Of a stretch of 36,338 bases of DNA, positions 26,753 through 35,528 are shown piece after piece. A model generated the notes under the pieces. The model searched no databases. It saw nothing but the letters and a program-made list of their open reading frames with translations, and was not told where the DNA came from. Source of the DNA: Ktedonobacterales bacterium (GTDB lineage Bacteria; Chloroflexota; Ktedonobacteria; Ktedonobacterales; JADMIN01); assembly GCA_036273675.1 (NCBI GenBank), contig DASUHD010000179.1, positions 1 through 36,338 on the forward strand, given 5' to 3'. Positions within the stretch are counted from its first letter, which is position 1, and every line of letters starts with the position of its first letter. The position numbers and the translations under genes are program-made.

Positions 26753-26800
26753 CGCGTCATCGCGTCATCGCGTCATCGCGTCATCGCGTTATCGCGTTAC
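26753..26800. repeat. 8-bp tandem repeat CGCGTCAT x6 (last units degenerate: CGCGTTAT, CGCGTTAC)
   Basis: Read directly from the sequence. Starts 17 bp after the response-regulator stop codon. Confidence 0.9.
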
Positions 26801-27197
26801 CGTGTCGGGCAAGGGGCTTGCGCCACTCAGGCGCAGGCCTTTCGGTATGGCGTCCATCACCGTTGTAGCTGGGGTTGTACCTGTCCGCAAGGGGGTGTAC
26901 GCAACTAGCCTCTAATACACTCCTTGTACCCGTGGTTCTCTCCCGATCCATGCGATACACTCCGAGACAGCATTGAGGAGTGGGATTTCTGCTGGGCTGT
27001 GTTCATCCTACGCGACGTCAGCCTCGTTCATCCAGCCGCCGCCAGATGCCCGCCACAGACCGAACTGCCCGCCACCGGATGGCGCCAACCTCTGATGGAA
27101 CGGGCAAGGTTCACCGGACGCGTCGGCCACTGGATGCGTCGCCTGAGCGCCTACGTACAACAGAGTCGCTAGATGACTCAGGTGGGAGAAAATCCGC

Positions 27198-27533
27198 ATG
27201 GACACCAGCGCGCACAACGACGCCAGGCACTGGGAGCAGGAGATCGGGCGGCTCCATGCACGCATCGACGATTTCGAGGCTCGTTTCGAGGCCGAGTATC
27301 ATATCCTGCGCAGCATCGTCGATACGCAGATCGAGGAGTTGCGCGCGATGGTACGAAAAGTGGAGGGCGATATCGCTGCTATCAGCCCAGATGCCTATGT
27401 GCAGCAGGTCGCCGACCAGGTCGCGGAACTGAAGCTCAAAGGCGATCTGGCCTACGAGCTGCTCCAGGAGCGGCTGGTTGCGGGCGGAACGCGGGATGAT
27501 CCCGCGCCTGACGGAGGGCCGCCAGTGTCATAG
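27198..27533 (+). CDS. hypothetical coiled-coil protein
   Basis: 111 aa. RBS GGTGGGAGAAAA. Heptad-like charged repeats (IDDFEARFEAEYHILRSIVDTQIEELRAMVRKVEGDIAAI). Confidence 0.5.
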   Translation: MDTSAHNDARHWEQEIGRLHARIDDFEARFEAEYHILRSIVDTQIEELRAMVRKVEGDIAAISPDAYVQQVADQVAELKLKGDLAYELLQERLVAGGTRDDPAPDGGPPVS

Positions 27534-27735
27534 GCCACGCCACTCACCCCACGGTGAGGCTCGTCCCACCCCACGGGCGGGGGCGATAACTTGCTGTGGA
27601 AACGCCACTTAGGCGCAGTGCCACGGCGAGATGGCGCGACTATACTCTGCTCACGTGCGCCGGATATTGGAGACAGCCAGCCGCGCACACAAGCCTGGAT
27701 CTTGCGTGTTAAGCGATTGAAGAGGAGAGGTGGAG

Positions 27736-27981
27736 ATGGGTACGCTACGAATCATGTCTCGGCGCGGCGACGACCAGGTGCGGTGGGATACCAGCCGCGT
27801 GCTGGACGGTGACTTGGACGCGGTAGCGGCTGTCCGTGAGGCCGAGCGCATCTTCGAGCAGCAGCGGGCGAAGGGGGCCACCGCGTTCAAAGTCACGAAA
27901 GGCGAGGCGTCCGTTCGTATCGATAAGTTCGACCCCGAGGCTGAGCAAATCATGATCGTCCCACGTGTGGTGGGGGGCTAG
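27736..27981 (+). CDS. small hypothetical protein (81-83 aa)
   Basis: Strong RBS GAAGAGGAGAGGTGGAG. An ATG at 27736 or a GTG at 27730. Charged soluble product. No family recognised. Confidence 0.5.
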   Translation: MGTLRIMSRRGDDQVRWDTSRVLDGDLDAVAAVREAERIFEQQRAKGATAFKVTKGEASVRIDKFDPEAEQIMIVPRVVGG

Positions 27982-28185
27982 CAACCAGCCACGTCGATTG
28001 TCTTGCCCGGCAAAAATACCTCGAAAACGCCGCCACTGGCTCAGCGCATCTCTCTGCCGACCCTCGAAGACGCTCCTGGGTTGGCTGCCCCGTGGCCATG
28101 GCTCATTCTACTGTTACGGCACGCGGACGAGTTCATATAGGCGATCCATAGGCGATCCAAAGGAACGCATGGCATAGGGGAGGGT

Positions 28186-28935
28186 ATGGTTCCCGAGAAT
28201 CGCCCTCAGCTTGATACTGGGCAGGATACTGGGCGCTCCGCGGGCGATACCGGTGATCACCGTGAGACTGGCGCTGACGTGCCGCGCATCATCTTCGACG
28301 AGCGTCGGCTTCCTATCACTCTGGCGCTGACGCTCGTGGTGGCCATGGCGCTGCCGTTTTTGTCGCCCGAGAAACTCAGCCTCGGTCCGAAATGGCTGCT
28401 CGTGGTCTTACTGGGGATCTTTCTGTTCGCCACGCTGGTTGCTGGCCCTGAACTCGTGAAGGGCCGGGCGATTGTGCTGCGGGTGATGGTGATTGGCGTC
28501 GTGGTGGTGCTCGTGGTGAAGGACAGTTGGAGCACCGCCAACCTCATCATCGACCTCATCAAAGGCGGCCCAGAAACGAACAATCCGACTGGGCTGCTGG
28601 TCACAGGTGGGGTGGTCTGGGTCGCCAACAACATAGTGTTCGCCATGCTCTATTGGGAACTCGATAGCGGCGGCCCGATAGAACGCGCCCGCCGGAAGGT
28701 GCGCTATCCAGACCTGGCTTTCCCCGGCCAGCTGACCCCCGACATTGTGCCTCCCGGCTGGAGACCGGTTTTCATCGACTATCTGTATCTGGGCTTCACG
28801 AATGCGCTGGCGTTCAGTCCCACCGACGTTATGCCCCTTGCGCACTGGGCGAAGCTCACGATGGCGCTCCAGTCGTTCATCTCCGTCGCAATCCTCAGCC
28901 TGGTCGTCGCCAGGGCCGTCAACATCCTGACATAG
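28186..28935 (+). CDS. DUF1345-family membrane protein
   Basis: RBS GGGGAGGGT. Four TM helices. A C-terminal conserved block (LYWELDSGGP...FIDYLYLGFTNALAFSPTDVMP...ARAVNILT) resembles DUF1345 as I recall it. Confidence 0.65.
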   Translation: MVPENRPQLDTGQDTGRSAGDTGDHRETGADVPRIIFDERRLPITLALTLVVAMALPFLSPEKLSLGPKWLLVVLLGIFLFATLVAGPELVKGRAIVLRVMVIGVVVVLVVKDSWSTANLIIDLIKGGPETNNPTGLLVTGGVVWVANNIVFAMLYWELDSGGPIERARRKVRYPDLAFPGQLTPDIVPPGWRPVFIDYLYLGFTNALAFSPTDVMPLAHWAKLTMALQSFISVAILSLVVARAVNILT

Positions 28936-29230
28936 CCCAGTGATCTGCCTCTATCACCGCATAATGCGCAGGCGCGCACTCACCCATAGGCCGGGGAGGT
29001 AGCACGCCGCTGGAGGAGCATACGACTAGTCGCCGAGACCGGCCACGTGGTCGGCGTCTGGGACGGCGTCACGCGCTACGATGCAGCGGGGGACTACAAC
29101 AGACCCACACATCTGGTAGCCACCAATTTGCGCGCCCGCATGCGGGTCTATTATGCGGGTCTATTGGGATGTGATGCAGCGGCATACGTGGTGTGAGGTT
29201 AGCTCAGGCCAGGAAAGGATCAACCAGGCG

Positions 29231-31582
29231 ATGACGAAGCCATTCAAGGGGACGATCAATGTCGATATCCGCGACTCACAGCCCGACTGGGCGCCCTTCG
29301 AGCCGCCCAAAGCGCCAGAGGGCGCGCCGAACGTCCTCTACGTCGTCCTCGACGATGTCGGCTTCTCGGCCATCGGCTGCTATGGCGGCCCGGTCGAGAC
29401 GCCTAATATTGACCGCATCGCGCAGAACGGCATCCGCTATACCCAGTTCCACACCACCGCCCTTTGCTCGCCCACGCGCTCGTGTCTGCTGACCGGGCGC
29501 AACCACACCCACAACAGCATGGCGTGCATCACCGAGGCGGCGATTGGCTTCCCCAACGGCAGCGGCACCATTCCGCCGGAGAACGGCATGGTTTCAGAGA
29601 TTCTGGGGGAGCAGGGCTGGAACACCTACATTGTCGGCAAGTGGCATCTCTGCCCCACTGACGAGATGAATCTCGCCTCCACCCGACGTAACTGGCCCAC
29701 CGGGCGCGGCTTCGAGCGCTACTATGGTTTCCTCGGCGCCGAGACCAACCAATGGTACCCCGAGCTGATCTACGACAACCATCCGGTCGATCAGCCGAAG
29801 ACCCCGGCGGAGGGCTACCACTTTACTGAGGACATCACCGACAAGGCGCTGGAGTTCATCCAGGATGCCAAGGCGGTCGCGCCCGACAAGCCGTTCTTCC
29901 TCTACTATGCCCCGGGCGCCTGTCACGCGCCGCACCAGGCGCCGCGCGAGTGGATCGACAAGTATAAGGGCCGCTTCGACATGGGCTACGAGGCGATGCG
30001 GACACAGACGCTCGCCCGCCAGAAAGAAATGGGTCTCATCCCGCAGGATACGGAGCTACCGCCGATCAACCCGATTGGCACGCCGCAGACGCGGACTGGA
30101 CCCGACGGCAAGCCGTTCCCAGAGACGGATTATACTCGCCCTTGGGACTCGCTTTCGGACGGCGAGAAGCGGCTCTTCGCCCGTATGGCCGAGGTCTACG
30201 CTGGCTTTCTCGCCCATGCCGATTATCATATCGGACGGCTGCTCGACTACCTTGAGGAGGTGGGTCAACTGGAGAATACGCTCATCGTGCTGGTTTCGGA
30301 CAATGGCGCGAGCGGCGAGGGTGGCCCCAACGGCTCGGTGAATGAGAACAAGCTGTTCAACGGGATATCCGACGATATTCAGACCAACCTGGCCATGCTG
30401 GATGATCTGGGCAGCGAGAAGACCTACAACCACTATCCCAATGGCTGGGCGATGGCCTTCAATACGCCATTCAAGATGTGGAAGCGCTACGAATTCAACG
30501 GTGGCACCAGCGATCCATGTATCGTTTCCTGGTCAAAGGGCATCAAGGCGAAGGGCCAGATCCGCGAACAATACCACCATGCCATCGACCTCGTCCCGAC
30601 CATCCTCGACGTGCTGGGCGTTGAGGCGCCAGGGGCGATCAAGGGGCATACCCAGAGCCGTTTCGACGGCGTCAGCATGCGCTATAGCTTCGAGGACGCC
30701 AACGCGCCGACCAATCACCCGACCCAGTTCTACAGCATGCTCGGCTCGCGCGGCATCTGGCATCAGGGCTGGAAGGCGGTCACGACCCACCCGACGATTA
30801 GCGGCTGGAGCCACTTCAACGACGATCAGTGGGAGCTGTACCATACCGACACCGATCGCTCAGAGACGCACAATCTGGCTGCCCAGGAGCCGGCCAAGTT
30901 GCGCGAGTTGATCGCTATCTGGTTCGCGGAGGCGGGGGCCAACGACGCCTTCCCCCTCGACGACCGCTCGGCGCTCGAGGTTTTCAACACGCCGCGGCCG
31001 CAGCTGACCAAGCCCCAGAACAGGTACCGCTACTTCCCAGACACCGCCATAGTGCCAGGGTTGCAGGCGGTCAACACGCGCAACCGCTCGTTCAGCATCG
31101 CCGCAAGGGTTGATATTCCCGCGCCCGGCGCAGAGGGTGTGCTCTTTGCTATGGGGTCACGCTTCGGCGGACAGGCGCTCTACATCCGGGATAACCGCCT
31201 CCGCTATGTCAACAACTTCGTCGGCATCGAGGAGCAGAAGGTCGTCGCCGACGTGGACCTGCCGACCGGTAATGACCTGATTCTCTCGGCGTCCTTTGAC
31301 AAAGATGGTGAGGTGTCGCCGGGGACGGCCACCGGGATGCTCTCGCTCTACATCGGCGACAAGAAGGTTGGCGAGGGGCGCATCAAAGTACAGCCTGGCG
31401 ACTATGGCTTGGGTACCGGATTGACCGTCGGGCGTAGCGCCCGGCAGGTGGCCGACGACTACCCAGGCGAGCGGCCCTGGCGCTTCACCGGTGGTGCGCT
31501 CAAGGGAGTTGCGGTCGATGTCAGCGGCGAGCCATACGTCGACCTGGAGCACGCGGCCCTGGCGATGATCGCGCGGGAGTAA
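29231..31582 (+). CDS. arylsulfatase (Cys-type sulfatase, AtsA-like long form with about 250-aa C-terminal extension)
   Basis: Start at MTKPFKG (RBS AGGAAAGGA). Canonical sulfatase signature CSPTRSCLLTGR (C-x-P-x-R with the FGly-target Cys), GKWHLC, metal-binding DD/DxH motifs (VVLDDVGFS, LVSDNGAS). About 783 aa, as for mycobacterial AtsA. No signal peptide. Confidence 0.9.
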   Translation: MTKPFKGTINVDIRDSQPDWAPFEPPKAPEGAPNVLYVVLDDVGFSAIGCYGGPVETPNIDRIAQNGIRYTQFHTTALCSPTRSCLLTGRNHTHNSMACITEAAIGFPNGSGTIPPENGMVSEILGEQGWNTYIVGKWHLCPTDEMNLASTRRNWPTGRGFERYYGFLGAETNQWYPELIYDNHPVDQPKTPAEGYHFTEDITDKALEFIQDAKAVAPDKPFFLYYAPGACHAPHQAPREWIDKYKGRFDMGYEAMRTQTLARQKEMGLIPQDTELPPINPIGTPQTRTGPDGKPFPETDYTRPWDSLSDGEKRLFARMAEVYAGFLAHADYHIGRLLDYLEEVGQLENTLIVLVSDNGASGEGGPNGSVNENKLFNGISDDIQTNLAMLDDLGSEKTYNHYPNGWAMAFNTPFKMWKRYEFNGGTSDPCIVSWSKGIKAKGQIREQYHHAIDLVPTILDVLGVEAPGAIKGHTQSRFDGVSMRYSFEDANAPTNHPTQFYSMLGSRGIWHQGWKAVTTHPTISGWSHFNDDQWELYHTDTDRSETHNLAAQEPAKLRELIAIWFAEAGANDAFPLDDRSALEVFNTPRPQLTKPQNRYRYFPDTAIVPGLQAVNTRNRSFSIAARVDIPAPGAEGVLFAMGSRFGGQALYIRDNRLRYVNNFVGIEEQKVVADVDLPTGNDLILSASFDKDGEVSPGTATGMLSLYIGDKKVGEGRIKVQPGDYGLGTGLTVGRSARQVADDYPGERPWRFTGGALKGVAVDVSGEPYVDLEHAALAMIARE

Positions 31583-31796
31583 GCGCGCGGAACGCTGAAA
31601 TGTGAGCGGATAAGCGGATAAGGGAGGGACTGGGGCAAGGCGCTATCAGCCGAGGCGCTTGAAGGGAGCGGGAAGCAGTGGTGGTATCTGAGATCGCCGT
31701 GGCCGCACCGCTCCCTCTTGCTGCTGTGAGACGACTTCGCGTATGTGGGTAATACGTTTCGCCGGGCTATGCCGGAAGCCGTAAGAGGATCGGGAT

Positions 31797-32591
31797 ATGC
31801 CTGCCAACGACATTTTTCACGCGTTGAATGAATTCGTGGTTGCGGCGCTTATTTTCCTCGTGCTCATCGGCGCTGGTGAGATTGGCTATCTCCTGGCTCG
31901 GCGCCGACACGCGGGTAGGAAAAACGGGGCTGCCGCCGAAACGCATGAGCACCTGAATGAGATTCAGACGGCGATCTTTGCGGTGCTTGGCCTCTTGCTC
32001 GCGTTTATCTTCGCCATGGCGGTTTCGCGCTTCGATGCGCGCAAGCAGGCGCTGGTGGATGAGACCGACGCGATTGGGACGGCCTACCTTCGCGTTCAGT
32101 TGCTCCCGCCGGGGCAGCAGGCAGCGGCGACAGCGATGTTCCGAACGTATGTGGATGCCAGATTGAACTCGGCGCGTCCCTTCTGGTATCTGGATGCGCG
32201 GCTGAAGAACGAGACGGATGAGCTACAGCAGCAATTGTGGACGCAAGGCGCAGATGCCGCGAATCAAGATCCGCACGCAGTCACCACCAGTCTCTATATT
32301 CAGTCGCTGAATGATATGTTCGATGCCCAGAGCGCTCGGGACGCGGCCAGGCTGAACGAGCTCCCCACGAGCGCGATCTACCTGGTTCTCGCCATCTCGT
32401 TCCTGTCGATGGGAACCCTTGGCTATCGGGCGGGGCTAGGAGGCAGGCGGTCGCTGGTGGGCGCGGTGCTCCTCGCGCTCGTCATCACGCTGGTCGTCGG
32501 GATCATCATCGACCTGGATCAGCCCTATCAGGGGCTTATCACGATCAGCCAGCAGAGCCTGATCGAACTCAGGCAAAGTATGGGGCCATAG
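31797..32591 (+). CDS. DUF4239-family membrane protein
   Basis: RBS AAGAGGA. N-terminal TM, then LLLAFIFAMAVSRFDARKQALVDETDAIGTAYLRVQLLP, which matches the DUF4239 core from memory, and a C-terminal TM pair. Confidence 0.6.
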   Translation: MPANDIFHALNEFVVAALIFLVLIGAGEIGYLLARRRHAGRKNGAAAETHEHLNEIQTAIFAVLGLLLAFIFAMAVSRFDARKQALVDETDAIGTAYLRVQLLPPGQQAAATAMFRTYVDARLNSARPFWYLDARLKNETDELQQQLWTQGADAANQDPHAVTTSLYIQSLNDMFDAQSARDAARLNELPTSAIYLVLAISFLSMGTLGYRAGLGGRRSLVGAVLLALVITLVVGIIIDLDQPYQGLITISQQSLIELRQSMGP

Positions 32592-32698
32592 TCTCGCTTG
32601 ATTTGGCTTGATTAGCTCAATTTGGCTCAACCGCGTGGTAGCGAGATAGGCATCTCCAGACAAGCGCGTCAGACCCAACTCGGAACAGGAGTGTCGTC

Positions 32699-33520
32699 AT
32701 GAACAGTGATCCTCATGCGAACGGCTATATACACATATCGTCGGCCTCACCCGCGGAGACGGCCCGCGATGTTCAGGGCAATCCGGGCGCGCAACCGGAT
32801 GACGAGCGATTCGACACCGCCGCGGCGCTGCTGCGTCTGCTGGTAGGTGGCGCGCTGGTGGGCGCGCGCGAACTGCGGTTGCGGCTGGAGCGGTGGCAGC
32901 AGGCCACACCAGACGCCGCCTCGATCCAGGCGGTGGCGCCACGAACTAACTCTCCATCTGACGCGCTCCGCCACACGCTCATGGGGATGATGTTCGAGAC
33001 AGAGTCGCGCATGCGGCGGAGATTCTCCAACATAGGGAGGCGTCTGGCGCGCGCCTCACAGGAGGCCAATCGCTTTTACGCAACCGCTATGTCGGACATG
33101 CGCTATACGCCGCTCGATCCGCTGCGGGCACGCCTCGAGGAAACGGTCTACCGCGCGACGATGACGCTGGACCGGTGGGCGGATCGGGGGCGGATGGAAG
33201 AACAACAGAGCAGAGACATGACACAGGAAGCCGTGGTCAGCGTCATCGACGAGCTACTCGATTACATGGCGCGAAACCCTGAGGTTCGCGAGTTGATCGA
33301 GCAACAAGGTATGAGCATGGCGGAAACCGCCGTGGATGAGGTGCGCGAGCGGTCGGCGACGGCGGATATGTGGATCGAGCGCATAGCGCGGGGTCTGCTG
33401 CATCGCCCAGCGAGCGAGAACCCTGAGCAACCAGCGGCAATCTCGTCGCCAGAGACAACCACCACGATTCCGACGACAGTGGAGGCGGATATGCCCCGCG
33501 CCCGGCAATCCAGGCGATAA
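32699..33520 (+). CDS. hypothetical protein, translationally coupled to the downstream RDD gene
   Basis: 273 aa. RBS ACAGGAGTG. Charged, helical, Arg/Glu-rich. Its stop lies 4 nt before the next start. Confidence 0.55.
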   Translation: MNSDPHANGYIHISSASPAETARDVQGNPGAQPDDERFDTAAALLRLLVGGALVGARELRLRLERWQQATPDAASIQAVAPRTNSPSDALRHTLMGMMFETESRMRRRFSNIGRRLARASQEANRFYATAMSDMRYTPLDPLRARLEETVYRATMTLDRWADRGRMEEQQSRDMTQEAVVSVIDELLDYMARNPEVRELIEQQGMSMAETAVDEVRERSATADMWIERIARGLLHRPASENPEQPAAISSPETTTTIPTTVEADMPRARQSRR

Positions 33521-33524
33521 TGCG

Positions 33525-34199
33525 ATGGATAGAACGGTAATTCACACACCACACTCGCATACACATACGCACGCGCACGCGGGCTTCATCAGCCGCGCCA
33601 TCGCCTTTGTGCTCGACATCGTTGTGATGACCGTGGCAGTGCTGGCGGCTGTCGCGCTCTTGCAGGCGCTGCTGGGCTTCTTCACCCTGTATGGGCTGAT
33701 CGGGCAGCGGGTTGTGCAGTCCAGTCCGTTCCGCGAGATCGTCGTCGTGGTGACCGCGCTCATCGGCGTCGGAGTTGCTGTCGGCTATCCCGTCGTCTTC
33801 TGGGTCTTGCTCGGCCAGACGCCAGGAAAGCTGCTCATGGGCGTGCGCATCGCGCGGACGAACGGCAAGCCGTTGACGATTGGGCGCGCGCTGCTGCGCT
33901 ACCTGGGCTACTGGCTCTCGGCGATTCCGCTCGGCCTGGGGTTCTTCTGGGTGCTGGTGGACGATCAACGCCAGGGCTGGCACGACAAGCTCGCCGACAC
34001 CTATGTGATCTACGACTCGCGCTCTCCCGTCCCGCTCTCGTCCGCGTCCGCGCCCGCGCCGCACCCCATCTCTATGGCTGCGCGTCCTCAGACGCCTCAG
34101 GCATCTCAGGCATCTCAGGTGCCCCCGCTGCCTCCGGTGAGTCCGTTTGTGCCAGGCGCTGGAAGTCCGCGACCGACATCCGAAGATAGACGGCGCTAG
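33525..34199 (+). CDS. RDD-family membrane protein
   Basis: His-rich N-terminus, three TM helices, and the RDD signature (GQTPGKLLMGVRIARTNG...RQGWHDKLADTYVI). Low-complexity Pro/Ser/Gln tail. Confidence 0.75.
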   Translation: MDRTVIHTPHSHTHTHAHAGFISRAIAFVLDIVVMTVAVLAAVALLQALLGFFTLYGLIGQRVVQSSPFREIVVVVTALIGVGVAVGYPVVFWVLLGQTPGKLLMGVRIARTNGKPLTIGRALLRYLGYWLSAIPLGLGFFWVLVDDQRQGWHDKLADTYVIYDSRSPVPLSSASAPAPHPISMAARPQTPQASQASQVPPLPPVSPFVPGAGSPRPTSEDRRR

Positions 34200-34812
34200 A
34201 ATCGGCGTCGTCCACGTCTTCGATGGGGATGAAGTGCTGGTGTTTCACGATGTGTCCAGAGGTCACCACGACGCCACGGAGCTTCCCCTCGTCTGTCACG
34301 CTCAACTCGTGGACATTGCCGACATGGCTCCCGTCGCCAGCCAAAACCTTGGTGCCTTTCGAGATGCCGAACTCGTTTTCCGACATGCTGCTTTGCTCGG
34401 TGACCACGCTGGAAGACATGTCCACGTAGCCGATGAAGGGGCCGCTGCCGGGCGTCCATTCCTGCCCAACCGGGGTTGGGTCACTCAGGCCAGGCGTGGA
34501 GAGCGGCATCATGCCACGGCTGGCGCCATCGTAGTCCTCCATGCCCGGAGAGGCGCTATTGGTAACAAACTTCTCGACGAAATACTGCGGCAGTTGAAGG
34601 AATTGTTCTTCGGCGATGGCCAGGTGAATCGTCTCATCGGCATCCACCCGCTCGACCTTGCTAATTGGAACCGTCATATCATTGCCCATCCACTGTGTAT
34701 GCACCACGAACGAATCCAGCATCCCCTTGCTGGTATCCACAATCAACTTGCTGACTTTGCCCGCGGTTTTCCCATCCTGCGTCAAGACATGCGCGCCCAG
34801 TTCGATATGCAT
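34072..34812 (-). CDS. PRC-barrel domain protein (two PRC-barrel repeats)
   Basis: Start MHIELGAHVLTQDGKTAGKVSKLIVD (RBS GAGGAGG). Two copies of the PRC-barrel G-x-V-x-D/DG pattern (second: KGTKVLAGDGSHVGNVHELSVTDEGKLRGVVV). The acidic PEMPEMPEA tail overlaps the RDD 3' end by 128 bp. Confidence 0.7.
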   Translation of the reverse strand: MHIELGAHVLTQDGKTAGKVSKLIVDTSKGMLDSFVVHTQWMGNDMTVPISKVERVDADETIHLAIAEEQFLQLPQYFVEKFVTNSASPGMEDYDGASRGMMPLSTPGLSDPTPVGQEWTPGSGPFIGYVDMSSSVVTEQSSMSENEFGISKGTKVLAGDGSHVGNVHELSVTDEGKLRGVVVTSGHIVKHQHFIPIEDVDDADSSAVYLRMSVADFQRLAQTDSPEAAGAPEMPEMPEASEDAQP

Positions 34813-34954
34813 ATCCGCCTCCTCAGCCCTCGCTCTGCTGCTTTCACTGTTGTGTCCCCAGTGCAGCATAGAGGTGGAGGTTGGCCGTTGTCGCCGCGCG
34901 CAGTGGGTGTTTGTGGGGTTAGTCTGACGCCTACCTCAAGAGCGAGCGCGGGCC

Positions 34955-35455
34955 TTACCCGTAGGGCAGGTAGTTATGTTCGTGGCAGCGCGGTGAAGGC
35001 TCCCGTTCAATGGCAAGGACATCACGTAGCGCGTTGCGTTGTTGGGCCGAAAGCGCGGAAAGATAGCGTTCGCGCTCGCGGGCAAGCCATAGTCGGCGCT
35101 CGCGTTGCCAGCGCATCAGTTGGAGGTGTTGTAGGCGCTGTCGCCAGTGCGGGCCGATGACCAGCAGGACGGCGAGCGCGGGAACCACAAAGGCGACCAC
35201 CAGGCCGATGCCCATGATGGCGAGCGCGCGTGTGACTCCCGTGCCGGAGGGTTGGTAGAGAGCCAGCCCAATGCCGAAGAGCGCCGCCCCAGCCAGCGCG
35301 CAGACTGGCACGAACACGCCGCGCCGCCGCTCCGCGGTTCGCACCTGAGCTGCGATATCCGCTGGAACGGGTGGCCGTGGCGGCGAGGCCGAGCGCAGGC
35401 GTGGCTCAGGATACTTTGAAGAGAGGTCAGGCCACTCAAGCTCCGCCCAGGACAT
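34955..35455 (-). CDS. hypothetical membrane protein (2 TM) downstream of the Yip1 gene
   Basis: Start MSWAELEW at 35455 with RBS GGAGGGAGG. Two hydrophobic helices then an Arg/Glu-rich helix. Confidence 0.5.
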   Translation of the reverse strand: MSWAELEWPDLSSKYPEPRLRSASPPRPPVPADIAAQVRTAERRRGVFVPVCALAGAALFGIGLALYQPSGTGVTRALAIMGIGLVVAFVVPALAVLLVIGPHWRQRLQHLQLMRWQRERRLWLARERERYLSALSAQQRNALRDVLAIEREPSPRCHEHNYLPYG

Positions 35456-35528
35456 ACTGGCCGCCTCCCTCCACGCATCCGCTATTCGTGCGTCGGTCTC
35501 TGGACGATGGCTGCTTTCTCCGTTCGCG

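Noticed and set aside
29865-30911. Two long plus-strand ORFs (158 and 189 aa) in alternative frames within the sulfatase gene
   Set aside because: Out-of-frame with the sulfatase motifs. Ser/Arg/Thr-rich nonsense products. No start signals.
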